A stretch of 64,000 nucleotides of DNA from Candidatus Doudnabacteria bacterium RIFCSPHIGHO2_01_FULL_46_14 (lineage in GTDB: Bacteria; Patescibacteriota; Doudnabacteria; UBA920; 2-01-FULL-46-14). Of the stretch, positions 1 through 9,730 are shown in pieces; within the stretch, counting starts at the first letter, position 1; every line of letters begins with the position of its first letter. The position numbers and the translations under genes are program-made. The notes below the pieces were generated by a model. The model had not been told where the DNA came from. It searched no databases and worked only from the letters and a program-made list of their open reading frames with translations. The stretch covers positions 19,377 to 83,376 of the forward strand of contig MFEK01000010.1 in the NCBI GenBank assembly GCA_001779925.1. The letters run 5' to 3'.

Positions 1-2
1 CA

Positions 3-200
<198 letters not shown>

Positions 201-244
201 AATGGAAAAATACGCGGCCCCTAGAGGTCGCGTATTTTCTTTGA

Positions 245-955
245 TTACTGGGTCTTTTGCAGACACCAGTAGTCAGCTTTATCATCAGTTGGGGATTTCC
301 TGTGCTGAACCAACTCGATATCATAGCCCCACTCTCTGAGAAGTCGAGTCGATTCGTCCCGAGCTTGCCGCAGATACGGATAAGCTCGTTCGAGCTTTTT
401 CTCTGTCATGTTCATAGCATTCAAGGCTGCCCGCCAATCCGTTGGATGCTTACCCAGTTGCCGCCAAACTCCTTGCAACCGTTGTTTATGTTCGCCAGCT
501 TTCAGCGATTCAGCGATTCGCAATTGCACGAATCCAAACCACGGACAGTGGAATCTTGCTTCACCATCCGAAGTAATTATCCGGTTGATTTCCTGAAACA
601 ATCTCCGCGCCTGTTCTTCATTGAAGCACCACAGGTGCGGTCCGTTGCGAGAAAACAGCAACCTCACCGACTCGCTTGGCAAATCAATATTCACCAGAGC
701 GTTCATTTGCCTGAGATTTGGTGTATCTGGTGATGGCGTGACTTGACCCGCGTAGATCGAAACTATACAATCAGTCCCCATCATTTGCGCGGCCCTACCG
801 ACTTGCCCTGTGCCGCAACCAAGATCAACTACCGAGTTAGGCTCTTGGTATGTGGCTAAGGCTTCCAGGCTTAGATCCACATGACCAAGTGTGCTTTCCG
901 CATACTCTGCCAATTGCAAATCCACTAGCTGCTGAACTACCTTTGTATCCCCCAT
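245..955 (-). CDS. class I SAM-dependent methyltransferase
   Basis: 236-aa ORF with VVDLGCGTG SAM-binding motif I. Confidence 0.65.
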   Translation of the reverse strand: MGDTKVVQQLVDLQLAEYAESTLGHVDLSLEALATYQEPNSVVDLGCGTGQVGRAAQMMGTDCIVSIYAGQVTPSPDTPNLRQMNALVNIDLPSESVRLLFSRNGPHLWCFNEEQARRLFQEINRIITSDGEARFHCPWFGFVQLRIAESLKAGEHKQRLQGVWRQLGKHPTDWRAALNAMNMTEKKLERAYPYLRQARDESTRLLREWGYDIELVQHRKSPTDDKADYWCLQKTQ

Positions 956-1020
956 CCTGAGCCTCCTTTAGAATTTTCTCAATGCATATAAAACTGAAAT
1001 TAAGATATAATAATATAACA

Positions 1021-2535
1021 ATGCCACAGTTTAAGCAAGTCATCCTTATTATTCTCGACGGCTGGGGGTATAGAGAAGATACAAAGCACAATCCTATTGC
1101 CGCGGCAAAAAAACCGTTTTTTGATTATCTCTGGAAAACCTATCCGCATGCTCTTCTGGAAGCGTCCGGCGAAGCAGTGGGATTGCCGCCGGGAACTCTC
1201 GGCGGCAGTGAGGTCGGGCATACCACCATCGGTGCTGGGCGGGCCATGGATACGGATCTGGCGCGAATCAACAAATCGTTTGCGGCAGGCGAGGCTAAAA
1301 CCAACCCGGCTTTTGCCGGTTTGTTTGAGCATGTCAAAAAACATAACTCGATCCTGCACATCCTCGGCATGGTCAGTGACAAAGGCGTTCATGCGCACCA
1401 GGAGCATTTGTTTGAATTTCTAAAAGCCGCACATGACGCCGGAATAAAAAAAATCGCGATTCATGCTTTTACGGACGGACGGGATACGCCGCCCCAGAGT
1501 TCGGATAATTATATCCGAGAGCTCGAGGATATTCTGGAAAAAATCGGTGTGGGCCGCATTGCCACAGTCTCGGGAAGATATTATGCCATGGACCGCGACA
1601 AAAATTGGGACCGTATCGAAAAGGTGGAGCACGTCATGTTTCACGGCAAAGGGCAAGCACATACCGGCCGTCCGTCCAAGGTCATCAAGATGCTTTATGA
1701 GCAGGGTCTGACTGACGAACATTTTGAGCCAATGGTGTTCGTGGATGACTCTGGTAAAAGTCTGACTGTTCAGGCAAACGACGGCTTGTTCTTTTTTAAC
1801 TATCGCCCTGACCGCGCGCGGCAAATCAGCCAAAAAATTCTCGAACGCGCTCACGCTCAGAACCTTTGCTTTGTAACCATGACTGAATACGACGAGAGTT
1901 TTCAGTGCCTGGTGGCTTTTGAAAGCAAACCTGTAGAAACCACTCTGGCTTCGGAAATTTCCAAAGCAGGGTTCACTCAGGCCCACATCGCGGAAACCGA
2001 CAAATACGCCCACCTTACATATTTTCTCAATGGCGGCCGCGAGGAACCACACGATAAAGAAGAGTTTGTGCTCGTCGATACCAGAAAAGACGTGAAAACC
2101 CATGACCTGGCTCCGGAAATGCGAGCAAGCGTTATCGCTGACGAGGCGATCGCGAGAATTAAAAATCAGGTCAATTTTATTGCCATCAATTTTGCCAATC
2201 CTGACATTGTCGGGCACAGCGGCAATTTTAAGGCCATGGTAAAAGCGATTGAAACGGTTGATGCCGAGGTTAAGAGAGTTGTGGAAGCCGCCCTCGCAAA
2301 CCACGCGGTCGTCCTAATCACCGCAGATCATGGCAACGCAGAGATTAGTCATGATGAGGAGGTTGGCCAAAATCACACCGCGCATACCTTGAGTCCAGTG
2401 CCCGTGATTTTGACAATAAAAAATCTCAAACTAAAAAACGGCACTCTGGCCGATATTGCCCCAATGATTTTGAAATTATTTAATCTACCAATCCCCTCCT
2501 CCATGACCGGATCCCCTCTTTTTCCCTCCCCTTGA
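1021..2535 (+). CDS. gpmI: 2,3-bisphosphoglycerate-independent phosphoglycerate mutase
   Basis: MPQFKQVILIILDGWGY... and ...NFANPDIVGHSGNF... iPGM motifs; start set to ATG 1021 inside track ORF 982..2535; the last codons (PSP-stop) are encoded by repeat R1. Confidence 0.9.
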   Translation: MPQFKQVILIILDGWGYREDTKHNPIAAAKKPFFDYLWKTYPHALLEASGEAVGLPPGTLGGSEVGHTTIGAGRAMDTDLARINKSFAAGEAKTNPAFAGLFEHVKKHNSILHILGMVSDKGVHAHQEHLFEFLKAAHDAGIKKIAIHAFTDGRDTPPQSSDNYIRELEDILEKIGVGRIATVSGRYYAMDRDKNWDRIEKVEHVMFHGKGQAHTGRPSKVIKMLYEQGLTDEHFEPMVFVDDSGKSLTVQANDGLFFFNYRPDRARQISQKILERAHAQNLCFVTMTEYDESFQCLVAFESKPVETTLASEISKAGFTQAHIAETDKYAHLTYFLNGGREEPHDKEEFVLVDTRKDVKTHDLAPEMRASVIADEAIARIKNQVNFIAINFANPDIVGHSGNFKAMVKAIETVDAEVKRVVEAALANHAVVLITADHGNAEISHDEEVGQNHTAHTLSPVPVILTIKNLKLKNGTLADIAPMILKLFNLPIPSSMTGSPLFPSP

Positions 2536-2563
2536 TGGGGAGGGACTGAGGAAGGGGTGAAAA
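2524..2563. repeat. GC-rich palindromic repeat family A, locus R1 (single unit: palindrome CCCTCCCC-TTGAT-GGGGAGGG plus GGGTGAAAA tail)
   Basis: Direct reading; the same unit recurs about 26 times in the window; the TGA in the core is the gpmI stop. Confidence 0.85.
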
Positions 2564-2567
2564 TACC

Positions 2568-2596
2568 CTATATTAGCATGTTAACACGCTAATATA
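2568..2596. promoter_or_regulatory. 28-bp near-perfect palindrome CTATATTAGCATGTTAACACGCTAATATA (copy A), centred on GTTAAC
   Basis: Nearly identical copy at 30528-30556 immediately upstream of the YerC/TrpR-like gene; here it lies between convergent gpmI and asnS. Confidence 0.45.
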
Positions 2597-2826
2597 TCTT
2601 CTTTCTGAATTTGCGAAGATTAATTTCACAAACTCGGAAAGAGGGGCTACAACAAGAAATTGTTGAAGTAGCCCACCATAACACGATAAACCGTCGTGTC
2701 GGCGGATAGAACGTTAACGTTGACGCCAGCAGAAAAGCTCTGCACTCCTCCTGGCGCAAAAATCACCGATTCCCTACAAGCCGGACAACTCGCCAGCTCC
2801 GGAAATCTGTAAATGATTGACAGGCT

Positions 2827-4134
2827 CTACGGCGTGAGCCGGTAGAGCATCCGCGGAAACGCAATAGTCTCGCGGACGTGCTCGAGTCCGCAGATCCAAG
2901 TAACCAGCCGCTCAATTCCGGCGCCGAAACCAGAATGTGGCACTGACCCGAATTTCCGCAGATCAAGATACCACTGGAACAAAGGCTGTGGCAAAACGTG
3001 CTCTTTGAAACGTTCGACCAGCAGATCATAGCTCGAAATGCGCTGACCGCCCCCGACAATCTCTCCGTATCCTTCCGGAGCGAGTACGTCAACCGAAAGC
3101 GAAACCTCGAATCGTGTCGGATCCGGATCCATATAGAAAGCTTTGATCCCGACTGGGTGACGATGAACCATGACTGGCCGGTCGAATTCCATCGAGATGA
3201 TGGTTTCGTCGGCGCCGCCAAAGTCCCCTCCCCACTGAATTTCCGAACCATGCTTTTTCAGGATATCGATCGCCTCGTCGTATGAAATGCGAGGAAATGG
3301 TGTGGCGATTTTCTCCAGCCTGGATAGATCGCGCTCGAGCGCTTTCAGTTCTGTCGACCGGCGTTCAATTACCCGCCAGACAACAAACGTGATCATGCGC
3401 TCCGCGAGATCCATGGTATCTTCGACCGTTGCGTAGGCGACCTCCGGTTCGACCATCCAGAACTCGGTCAGGTGACGGCGTGTTTTGGATTTTTCAGCCC
3501 GGAACGTGGGTCCGAAACAATAAACTTTGCCCAGTGCCGCCGCAGTTGCTTCATTGTAAAGCTGGCCGGACTGCGTGAGAAAGGCCCTCTCGTTAAAATA
3601 ATTGACCTTAAACGGGGTCGTTGTCCCTTCGCACGTATTTGCTGAGAGAATCGGCGCATCGCAGAGCGTGAATCCATCCTCATCCAGGAAATCGCGGACC
3701 GCCTTGATGATTTCGTGCCGGATTTTCAGAATTGCTCGCTGACGGGTAGACCGGATCCAAAGATGTCGCTGATCCATCAGGAACTCGATACCGTGTTCCT
3801 TAGGCGTAATCGGGAACGGCTCTTCTGTCACCACAACCTGGTGGATCTTCAGGTCTGTGAGATCAAGCTCGTATCCGCTAGGTGCGCGCTCATCCGCGCG
3901 CACTCTACCAGTGACCTCAATAGACGACTCATGCGTCAAACTGTCAGCCGCCTCAAGAATCTCGGCCGAAACACAACGTTTAACGACAACGGCTTGGATA
4001 TAGCCGGTCCCGTCTCGAACGATTATGAACTGGATCTTACCGCCGGTTCGCTTGTTGTGCACCCAGCCGCGAATCGTGACTAGCTCGCCGTTGTGAGCAG
4101 CGATGTCTTGAATGTAAACAACGTTATCGTTCAT
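2827..4134 (-). CDS. asnS: asparagine--tRNA ligase (class IIb aaRS; AspRS not fully excluded)
   Basis: 435 aa; N-terminal OB fold ([26 protein letters not shown]), [41 protein letters not shown] motifs. Confidence 0.7.
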   Translation of the reverse strand: MNDNVVYIQDIAAHNGELVTIRGWVHNKRTGGKIQFIIVRDGTGYIQAVVVKRCVSAEILEAADSLTHESSIEVTGRVRADERAPSGYELDLTDLKIHQVVVTEEPFPITPKEHGIEFLMDQRHLWIRSTRQRAILKIRHEIIKAVRDFLDEDGFTLCDAPILSANTCEGTTTPFKVNYFNERAFLTQSGQLYNEATAAALGKVYCFGPTFRAEKSKTRRHLTEFWMVEPEVAYATVEDTMDLAERMITFVVWRVIERRSTELKALERDLSRLEKIATPFPRISYDEAIDILKKHGSEIQWGGDFGGADETIISMEFDRPVMVHRHPVGIKAFYMDPDPTRFEVSLSVDVLAPEGYGEIVGGGQRISSYDLLVERFKEHVLPQPLFQWYLDLRKFGSVPHSGFGAGIERLVTWICGLEHVRETIAFPRMLYRLTP

Positions 4135-4280
4135 GTCTAAAACTCCTCCTGCTTTCTTGGAATTCTCTTCAGGTTGTATTTGCCAAAAAACGGCACCTTA
4201 AGAGACTTTAAACTATAGCACAAATACCGCAAAAAAACAAGAGCCGACGGCCGGCACAAGCGATAAATACCAAAATTATT

Positions 4281-4372
4281 CCTCCCCCTTGAGGGGGGAG
4301 GTTAGGTGGGGGTGAAAAACAACTCTTTATTACCACCCCTCCCTCAATCCCTCCCCCTCAAGGGGAGGGAAA
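4281..4372. repeat. repeat family A, locus R2 (inverted pair, tails inward)
   Basis: cctcccccttgaggggggagg-ttaggtgggggtgaaaaa ... ccacccctccctcaat-ccctccccctcaaggggaggg. Confidence 0.85.
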
Positions 4373-4411
4373 ATACGTAGGAAAGTTTAAATTTCCCTGT
4401 TCAAAGCTAAA

Positions 4412-4451
4412 TAAAAAGACCCACGATCGCAGCTGCGACGCGGGTCTTTTT
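4412..4451 (-). terminator. rho-independent terminator downstream of desaturase gene (A-run/T-run on both sides, possibly bidirectional)
   Basis: aaaaagacccacgatcgcagctgcgacgcgggtcttttt imperfect hairpin with flanking A5/T5. Confidence 0.5.
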
Positions 4452-4481
4452 GGAGGATACCAGGACACTGTATGGAAAGTG

Positions 4482-5252
4482 CTAGATTTTCGGCAGTTGG
4501 ATGTTTCGAACCATGCGCAGGAAACCCATGAGCCAAATCACATACCAAGCCACATCGATCTGGTAAATCCTGAGCCCATGCCGCGCAGACCACGGCCATT
4601 TGTGATGATTCCGATGCCAACCCTCTCCCCAGGCTAAAACCGCTATCCACCATTTGTTGCGCGGCCGGCCTTTGGCATGCCCGAAAGAGTTCACCGACCA
4701 AATAAAATGCCAACAAACTACCACAGCGCACATCCATGCCAAAACATCGCCGAGTCCGCCGTACCAAAAAAGCAAGCCAGCAAATATTACCGGCGGCACC
4801 CAGAATGCTCGATGCATTAGACTGTAGAATGGATCTATCATGAGTTTTGGCGCATAATGCTTTAACTCATCGTCATGCATGAGGCGATTCTTGGCATAAA
4901 CCCAACCAATGTGAGCCCACCAGAAACCATCCTTTGGCGAATGCGTATCTCCATCTTTGTCTGTATGGTCGTGATGTCTGCGGTGCGATGCGACCCAGCG
5001 CAAAGGATCCTGGAGAAGCAGAGCCGCAAAAATCACCAGCGAGTACTCAACTGGCCTTGAAGTTTTGAAGCCTCCATGCGTCAAGCCCCGGTGAAGCCAA
5101 ATGCAAGTGCCGAGACACCCACAGACAAACCAAACTGCGAAAAATTCAACTAGCCTGCGGCCGTTGAAAAAAAACGGAGCAGCGAAAGCGCCAACGTGAA
5201 ACAGTACGAGGACAAAAACAGTACCCCACTGTATTTTGGTGTCCTTCTTCAT
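4482..5252 (-). CDS. membrane fatty-acid (acyl-CoA/acyl-lipid Delta9-type) desaturase
   Basis: Three histidine boxes HRGLTHG, HRRHHDHTD, HNHHKWP in a multi-TM 256-aa protein. Confidence 0.8.
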   Translation of the reverse strand: MKKDTKIQWGTVFVLVLFHVGAFAAPFFFNGRRLVEFFAVWFVCGCLGTCIWLHRGLTHGGFKTSRPVEYSLVIFAALLLQDPLRWVASHRRHHDHTDKDGDTHSPKDGFWWAHIGWVYAKNRLMHDDELKHYAPKLMIDPFYSLMHRAFWVPPVIFAGLLFWYGGLGDVLAWMCAVVVCWHFIWSVNSFGHAKGRPRNKWWIAVLAWGEGWHRNHHKWPWSARHGLRIYQIDVAWYVIWLMGFLRMVRNIQLPKI

Positions 5253-5306
5253 CTAACCCTCCTTAAGAAATTGTTACCTTCATTATAGCAAGAATAGCTG
5301 GACACG

Positions 5307-5335
5307 TTGACAAAAATAAAAATTACTGGTAAGAT
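5307..5335 (+). promoter_or_regulatory. sigma70-like promoter TTGACA-17-TAAGAT
   Basis: TTGACA at 5307-5312, 17-bp spacer, TAAGAT at 5330-5335; drives the small ORF at 5429. Confidence 0.55.
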
Positions 5336-5428
5336 GACGAATCGGCTTGATTATCCGACCGGTAGCCGTTGATACTAAACACTGCATGACTTGGGATATA
5401 GGTACTGCAGAAAGAAAGGATCATCTAA

Positions 5429-5512
5429 ATGATTGACGACACAAAGCCAGCCGCTACAGAAGCGACAGCAGCCGCCCCGGAACAAAAGCCGGCAGAAGCT
5501 GCGAAGGCATAA
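5429..5512 (+). CDS. stand-alone 27-codon ORF (MIDDTKPAATEATAAAPEQKPAEAAKA), A/P/E/T-rich
   Basis: SD-like AGAAAGGA 7 nt upstream; own promoter (5307-5335) and intrinsic terminator (5517-5543); below the 60-aa track cutoff. Confidence 0.3.
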   Translation: MIDDTKPAATEATAAAPEQKPAEAAKA

Positions 5513-5516
5513 CTGA

Positions 5517-5543
5517 AAGCCCCTCATCGTGAGGGGCTTTTTT
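5517..5543 (+). terminator. rho-independent terminator (gcccctc-atcgt-gaggggc followed by T6), shared bidirectionally with obg
   Basis: Perfect 7-bp GC stem plus T-run; overlaps the obg stop codon on the opposite strand. Confidence 0.75.
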
Positions 5544-6504
5544 ATTTCTGTTTCATAATATTATTTAGAATCTTTTTGACCTTTTCGATACTGTCGAAAT
5601 CATATATGGAAATCAGCAAGACTTTCGGGTTAAGTTTTTTCAATTTCAAAATCAACTTTTTCAGGTCCTTGGCCGGCAAAACATCGCTCTTGCTGATAAA
5701 AAGATGTTCCGGTTTTTTTAACAGGGCTTTTTCGTACGCTCCGAGCTCTTTACGGATGGTTTTATAATCCCTTGTCGGATCCTTCGCCTCCGCGGAAATA
5801 AAATGAAACAAAATTTTAGTGCGCTCCACGTGCTTTAAAAATTTGATACCCAAACCTTTTCCTGTGGACGCCCCTTCAATGAGCCCGGGAATATCTGCAA
5901 GAATGAGCGTATAGTAAACTCCGAGATTTGGCTCGAGCGTTGTAAAATGATAGTTTGCTACTTTACTTTTGCTGGCCGTGAGCTCGTTGAGGAGGCTCGA
6001 TTTGCCGACATTCGGCAATCCTACAAATCCCACGTCCGCGATCATTTTCAGCTCCAGCCGGAGCTTGGCGCTTTCCCCCGGCTGGCCGAATTGAAACTGC
6101 GTAGGGCTGACATTCCTCCCCGAGCGAAACAAAAAATTTCCCTTGCCACCCTTGCCCCCCTTCGCCCACAAGGTCTTTTCTCCCACTTTTATTACTTCAT
6201 GTTTGGTACCGGTTTTGAGATTGTGAATGACTGTACCGACAGGTACCTGGAGCGTAAAATCCTTGCCTGTCGTGCCGTCAGAAAACTGCGCCCGACCGTC
6301 CTGGCCATTTTCCGCCTGGAACTTTTTTTTGAAACGGAGACGGTTCAGAGCCGACAGGTCAGATACTCCCTCGATAAAAACATTGCCGCCGCGCCCGCCG
6401 TTGCCACCAGCCGGCCCGCGTTCCATTTTGGCATTATTAAAAGCGACCGCGCCCCGGCCGCCAGCCCCGCTGGATATTTCTATTGTAATGTCGTCAATGA
6501 GCAT
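5542..6504 (-). CDS. obg: GTPase Obg/CgtA
   Basis: N-terminal Obg fold (glycine-rich GGRGGNV...), G1 GLPNVGKSSL, G-domain; start moved to MLIDDITIEI (6504) inside track ORF. Confidence 0.85.
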   Translation of the reverse strand: MLIDDITIEISSGAGGRGAVAFNNAKMERGPAGGNGGRGGNVFIEGVSDLSALNRLRFKKKFQAENGQDGRAQFSDGTTGKDFTLQVPVGTVIHNLKTGTKHEVIKVGEKTLWAKGGKGGKGNFLFRSGRNVSPTQFQFGQPGESAKLRLELKMIADVGFVGLPNVGKSSLLNELTASKSKVANYHFTTLEPNLGVYYTLILADIPGLIEGASTGKGLGIKFLKHVERTKILFHFISAEAKDPTRDYKTIRKELGAYEKALLKKPEHLFISKSDVLPAKDLKKLILKLKKLNPKVLLISIYDFDSIEKVKKILNNIMKQK

Positions 6505-6617
6505 AAATAACTGTAACCTCATTATACAGGCAATCATAAAAATACGCCCAGCAGTCCAATCTTGGCCACCAGGCGTATTTTAATTTTAACGGCTCAGACG
6601 TGTCTGAGCCGTTCAGG

Positions 6618-7052
6618 TTATTTCCAAACCGCGAGAATGATGCCCATCACCAAAAGCGTGACGAGATAGTAGCTGTTGGTCAGCACCCAGAGCTTCCAGG
6701 GCTTGCCGTCCCAGAGCACATTGCCCATGGTCACCGGGGCGATGAATCCCAACCACATCCAAAAACCAGTGGAGAGTCCAGAGCTTACACCTTCTACTTT
6801 CATGTAACTTTGCGCGAACACAAGCGTGTGCGAAAGAACAAACGCCATGATGAGCGCGCCGACAAAGGCGATGAAATAGGATTTACCCATGCCTTTGCCG
6901 CCGCTTGCTTTGGCCTCGGCTATTTTCTCAGGCGTAAAGCCCATGAGCATCATCCATTGTTTGCCGAACAGCGGGCCGTACCACAAAAAGCCAAGCACCA
7001 TATTGGAAACAGCCCCAGCCATCACCGCAAAATAGTTCACCTCAATACTCAT
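6618..7052 (-). CDS. DUF1761-like small membrane protein
   Basis: FLWYGPLFGKQWMMLMG motif, 4 predicted TM segments; start at MSIEVNYF. Confidence 0.45.
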   Translation of the reverse strand: MSIEVNYFAVMAGAVSNMVLGFLWYGPLFGKQWMMLMGFTPEKIAEAKASGGKGMGKSYFIAFVGALIMAFVLSHTLVFAQSYMKVEGVSSGLSTGFWMWLGFIAPVTMGNVLWDGKPWKLWVLTNSYYLVTLLVMGIILAVWK

Positions 7053-7074
7053 ATTAAAAAATGAATTATTAAGT

Positions 7075-7320
7075 CTACCGGGCCAGCTTGTTGTACAGCA
7101 ATGCCCAGATGTAGCCCACAACCCAACCAGTAACTACCAGCGTGAACAGCACGCCGAAATTGAACTGCACATTGATAGGCGCGAGATCGGCCCCCATAAA
7201 CTGAGCGTTAAACAGATACCGAAACATTTCCGGAGAGACCACAGCGATCACGTAAAACACTATGTAAAATATGGCCATGAGTCCGGCAAGCGACGCGGCA
7301 AAAGCGTTTGGTTTTAGCAT
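7075..7320 (-). CDS. small membrane protein (81 aa), unknown function
   Basis: Two hydrophobic helices; adjacent to DUF1761 gene. Confidence 0.4.
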   Translation of the reverse strand: MLKPNAFAASLAGLMAIFYIVFYVIAVVSPEMFRYLFNAQFMGADLAPINVQFNFGVLFTLVVTGWVVGYIWALLYNKLAR

Positions 7321-7385
7321 TTTAGTTCTTGCCCCGTAGTGTCCGATCTGGATCGGACTACTACTGGGGTTCTTTTATTATTTAA

Positions 7386-7667
7386 TCAATTCGACCTTTT
7401 TTCTATTATAGCAGAGTCGCTTCTATTTTTCCGAGAAGTCATGTATCTCTGCCCTGCGAGAACGAGCCAAGCCGCGGCCACCAGGCCCGTGGAAAAAACA
7501 CTCAGCCACAGCGATAAAGAAGCATAAGTAAAAACATAAACCACCAAAATCACGCCGGTCATCAGGCTCGTTGCCAGCGGCGGCTTTTCTTTGGCACGGA
7601 TAGCGGGGATGAGCGCTATGACAAAAATCCAGGAACCGACCGAGAGCACAATGTCTTGCCACGCCAT
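7386..7667 (-). CDS. small membrane protein (93 aa), unknown function
   Basis: Three hydrophobic segments; 4-bp-gap operon with the REC genes. Confidence 0.4.
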   Translation of the reverse strand: MAWQDIVLSVGSWIFVIALIPAIRAKEKPPLATSLMTGVILVVYVFTYASLSLWLSVFSTGLVAAAWLVLAGQRYMTSRKNRSDSAIIEKRSN

Positions 7668-7668
7668 A

Positions 7669-8076
7669 TTATAACTCTCTTACGGATTTATTTTCACCCC
7701 GCAATTCCTCCAAAACTTTCTTGGAGATTTCTGCAAGATTGAGATCGCTCTTGATCCAAAGCTTTACACCTGGAACTTCGGAAATTCTCACGGTGATGCT
7801 GCTGTCGCTGAGATTAGTCAAAACTATAGCCTTTAAATTTTTGCCGCTAGCGTCTTCTCGGATTTTTTTGAGCATAGTAATCCCATCCATCACCGGCATG
7901 AGCATATCCGTCAGGATCAGATCCGGCCTTTCCGCAAGCGCGGCTTCCAGGCCTTCCTCGCCATTGCGCGCGGCCGCAACCTGAAGGCCCGATTGGCGCA
8001 ATTCCCTGGTTATGAGCTCGAGAAGTTCGATTTCATCTTCGACAATTAAAATTTTTTTCCCTAGCACCGCTCGCAT
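7669..8076 (-). CDS. stand-alone response-regulator receiver (REC) domain protein
   Basis: KILIVEDE...DLILTDMLMPVMDG...KAIVLT CheY-like motifs; no output domain. Confidence 0.75.
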   Translation of the reverse strand: MRAVLGKKILIVEDEIELLELITRELRQSGLQVAAARNGEEGLEAALAERPDLILTDMLMPVMDGITMLKKIREDASGKNLKAIVLTNLSDSSITVRISEVPGVKLWIKSDLNLAEISKKVLEELRGENKSVREL

Positions 8077-8079
8077 AAA

Positions 8080-8505
8080 TTAGTCCTTTTTACCTCCTGG
8101 CTCCTGAATCGGCGGAGCTTCGCAGCCGTAAGATTTCAGAACTCTGCAAACGAGTCCGTAGAGTTCCTCAAAACTCGCGCTCTTGTGGATATACGCATCA
8201 AGACCGAGCTCTTTCCAAAATTTCTGCGCTTCTATCGATACATCCTCGTTCGTCAGCAAAATCACCGGCAAATTTTTCGTCGGCTCCTCGCTTTTGAGAT
8301 AGCTTGTAACCTTGAGTCCGTCAAATATCGGCATCCGGTAATCAAGCATAACCAGCTCCGGCATCAGTCGCCTGGCCATTTCCCGCGCTTCATTACCATC
8401 ACTGGCATAGATAACCTCAAAGCCGTGGCGGGCCAGCTCCCCGCCGATTATCCGGCGCATAATCTGGTCATCATCCGCATAAAGAATATGAACTTTTTCA
8501 ACCAT
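8080..8505 (-). CDS. stand-alone response-regulator receiver (REC) domain protein
   Basis: ILYADDD...LVMLDYRMPIFDG...PVILLT; tandem with previous REC gene. Confidence 0.75.
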   Translation of the reverse strand: MVEKVHILYADDDQIMRRIIGGELARHGFEVIYASDGNEAREMARRLMPELVMLDYRMPIFDGLKVTSYLKSEEPTKNLPVILLTNEDVSIEAQKFWKELGLDAYIHKSASFEELYGLVCRVLKSYGCEAPPIQEPGGKKD

Positions 8506-8507
8506 GC

Positions 8508-9362
8508 CTACAGTCTAGCTGATAGACCCAAAAATTCCAATTGTTCTTTAACGAGCGGCCAAACACAGTCGGCAAGCTCTCTTTGTCCCTCGGCTGACGG
8601 ATGCCAGCCGTCAATAGTAGTAACATGTTCCAAAGAATCTGCGGAAAGCCGCGAGAGAATGTCAGAATAGACGATTCGCAATTTTCCGCCTCCATATTGA
8701 TTTTCACAAAACCCTGCGCCTCGCTCCAGCTCTTTATTCATCATGTCAGCCAATTTGACCGTATGTTCCTTGTACTCGGGACGCATTGCAGGAAACATTT
8801 TGTATCCTTTTTCAAAATGGGGAAACAATGCTGGATTTTGTTCCTTAGCAGTTCCGGCCATCTCACGTATTTGAAATAAAGCACGGATGCTGATGAACCC
8901 TAAAACTATTATCACTGCTCGTTTATTTTCCTTTACCGCCCGCTGGCAAAGCCTTTCCAACTGCTTTTGAAAATCTTCTCGAAAATTCGCAATGATTTTT
9001 ACAAAATCATGGTCTTTTTTGATGAGCCAGTTAAGGTCATTGTGCCCGATCCAAACGACGGTCATATCCGGAAATTCGCCGAGTGCCAAAAGCTCGCTGG
9101 TTTGCGTTTCCATATTTTTGATATGAAATAATTTATCGAGAAAATGGCCGAATATTTTGTCTGCCAGTTTCGAGCCGGCACTGCTGAAATTATGAGCTTT
9201 AACCGGAATGTTCTTCTCTATACGCTTGATGATTTCGGAAAACCAGCTGTTTTTCTCTGCCAGCCACATTCGAAAAAACATGTCAACATCAGTGGAAATA
9301 TGAAAACCGGCAGTGACGCTGTCCCCGATCGCCGCGATTTTGAGTCCGCGATTCAGTTTCAT
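8508..9362 (-). CDS. SGNH/GDSL-family hydrolase
   Basis: LKIAAIGDSVTAG block I, WIGHNDL block III; start at MKLNRGLK (9362) gives ATGA overlap with upstream gene. Confidence 0.6.
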   Translation of the reverse strand: MKLNRGLKIAAIGDSVTAGFHISTDVDMFFRMWLAEKNSWFSEIIKRIEKNIPVKAHNFSSAGSKLADKIFGHFLDKLFHIKNMETQTSELLALGEFPDMTVVWIGHNDLNWLIKKDHDFVKIIANFREDFQKQLERLCQRAVKENKRAVIIVLGFISIRALFQIREMAGTAKEQNPALFPHFEKGYKMFPAMRPEYKEHTVKLADMMNKELERGAGFCENQYGGGKLRIVYSDILSRLSADSLEHVTTIDGWHPSAEGQRELADCVWPLVKEQLEFLGLSARL

Positions 9363-9727
9363 TGATCCAAAAATACGCTCTTGTATTTTTTGCAGATAAA
9401 ATACGCGGGCAGGATGAACATCAGAAAATGCCCCAGGAGGAAAAACACAGTCACCCAGCCGAGTAGGTGATGCTGGATAAAATACATGGCCTGAAGGATG
9501 ACGGCCGGAGTGGCAGAGATCACTGTGGCCAGCGCAAAATGAGTGGTGATAAATTTCCGGAAAACCAGATACCCGACAAACGCCCACAGCGCGCCGTAAA
9601 AAATCTTGTGCGGGAAATACTCGAACGGCACGGAAAACCGGGCATCCATTTGGTGGACAATGTAATCAATCACTGTACCGAGGCTGATGATTATTAAAAT
9701 TAGACCAATTCTTTTAAGCCAGATCAT
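9359..9727 (-). CDS. membrane protein (122 aa), unknown
   Basis: 4 TM segments. Confidence 0.45.
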   Translation of the reverse strand: MIWLKRIGLILIIISLGTVIDYIVHQMDARFSVPFEYFPHKIFYGALWAFVGYLVFRKFITTHFALATVISATPAVILQAMYFIQHHLLGWVTVFFLLGHFLMFILPAYFICKKYKSVFLDQ

Positions 9728-9730
9728 AAG

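Noticed and set aside
982-1020. Upstream extension of gpmI from ATG 982 (MHIKLKLRYNNIT)
   Set aside because: The conserved iPGM N-terminus starts at MPQFKQVILIILDGWG (ATG 1021). The extension is AT-rich and looks like promoter DNA.
1000-2304. Long antisense ORFs in the track opposite conserved genes (for example 1420..2304 opposite gpmI, 51296..52504 at 402 aa opposite nrdJ, 56418..57203 opposite ftsZ, 35460..35996 opposite carB)
   Set aside because: They overlap, on the opposite strand, genes whose products are unambiguously conserved, and they lack start signals. These are typical shadow ORFs.
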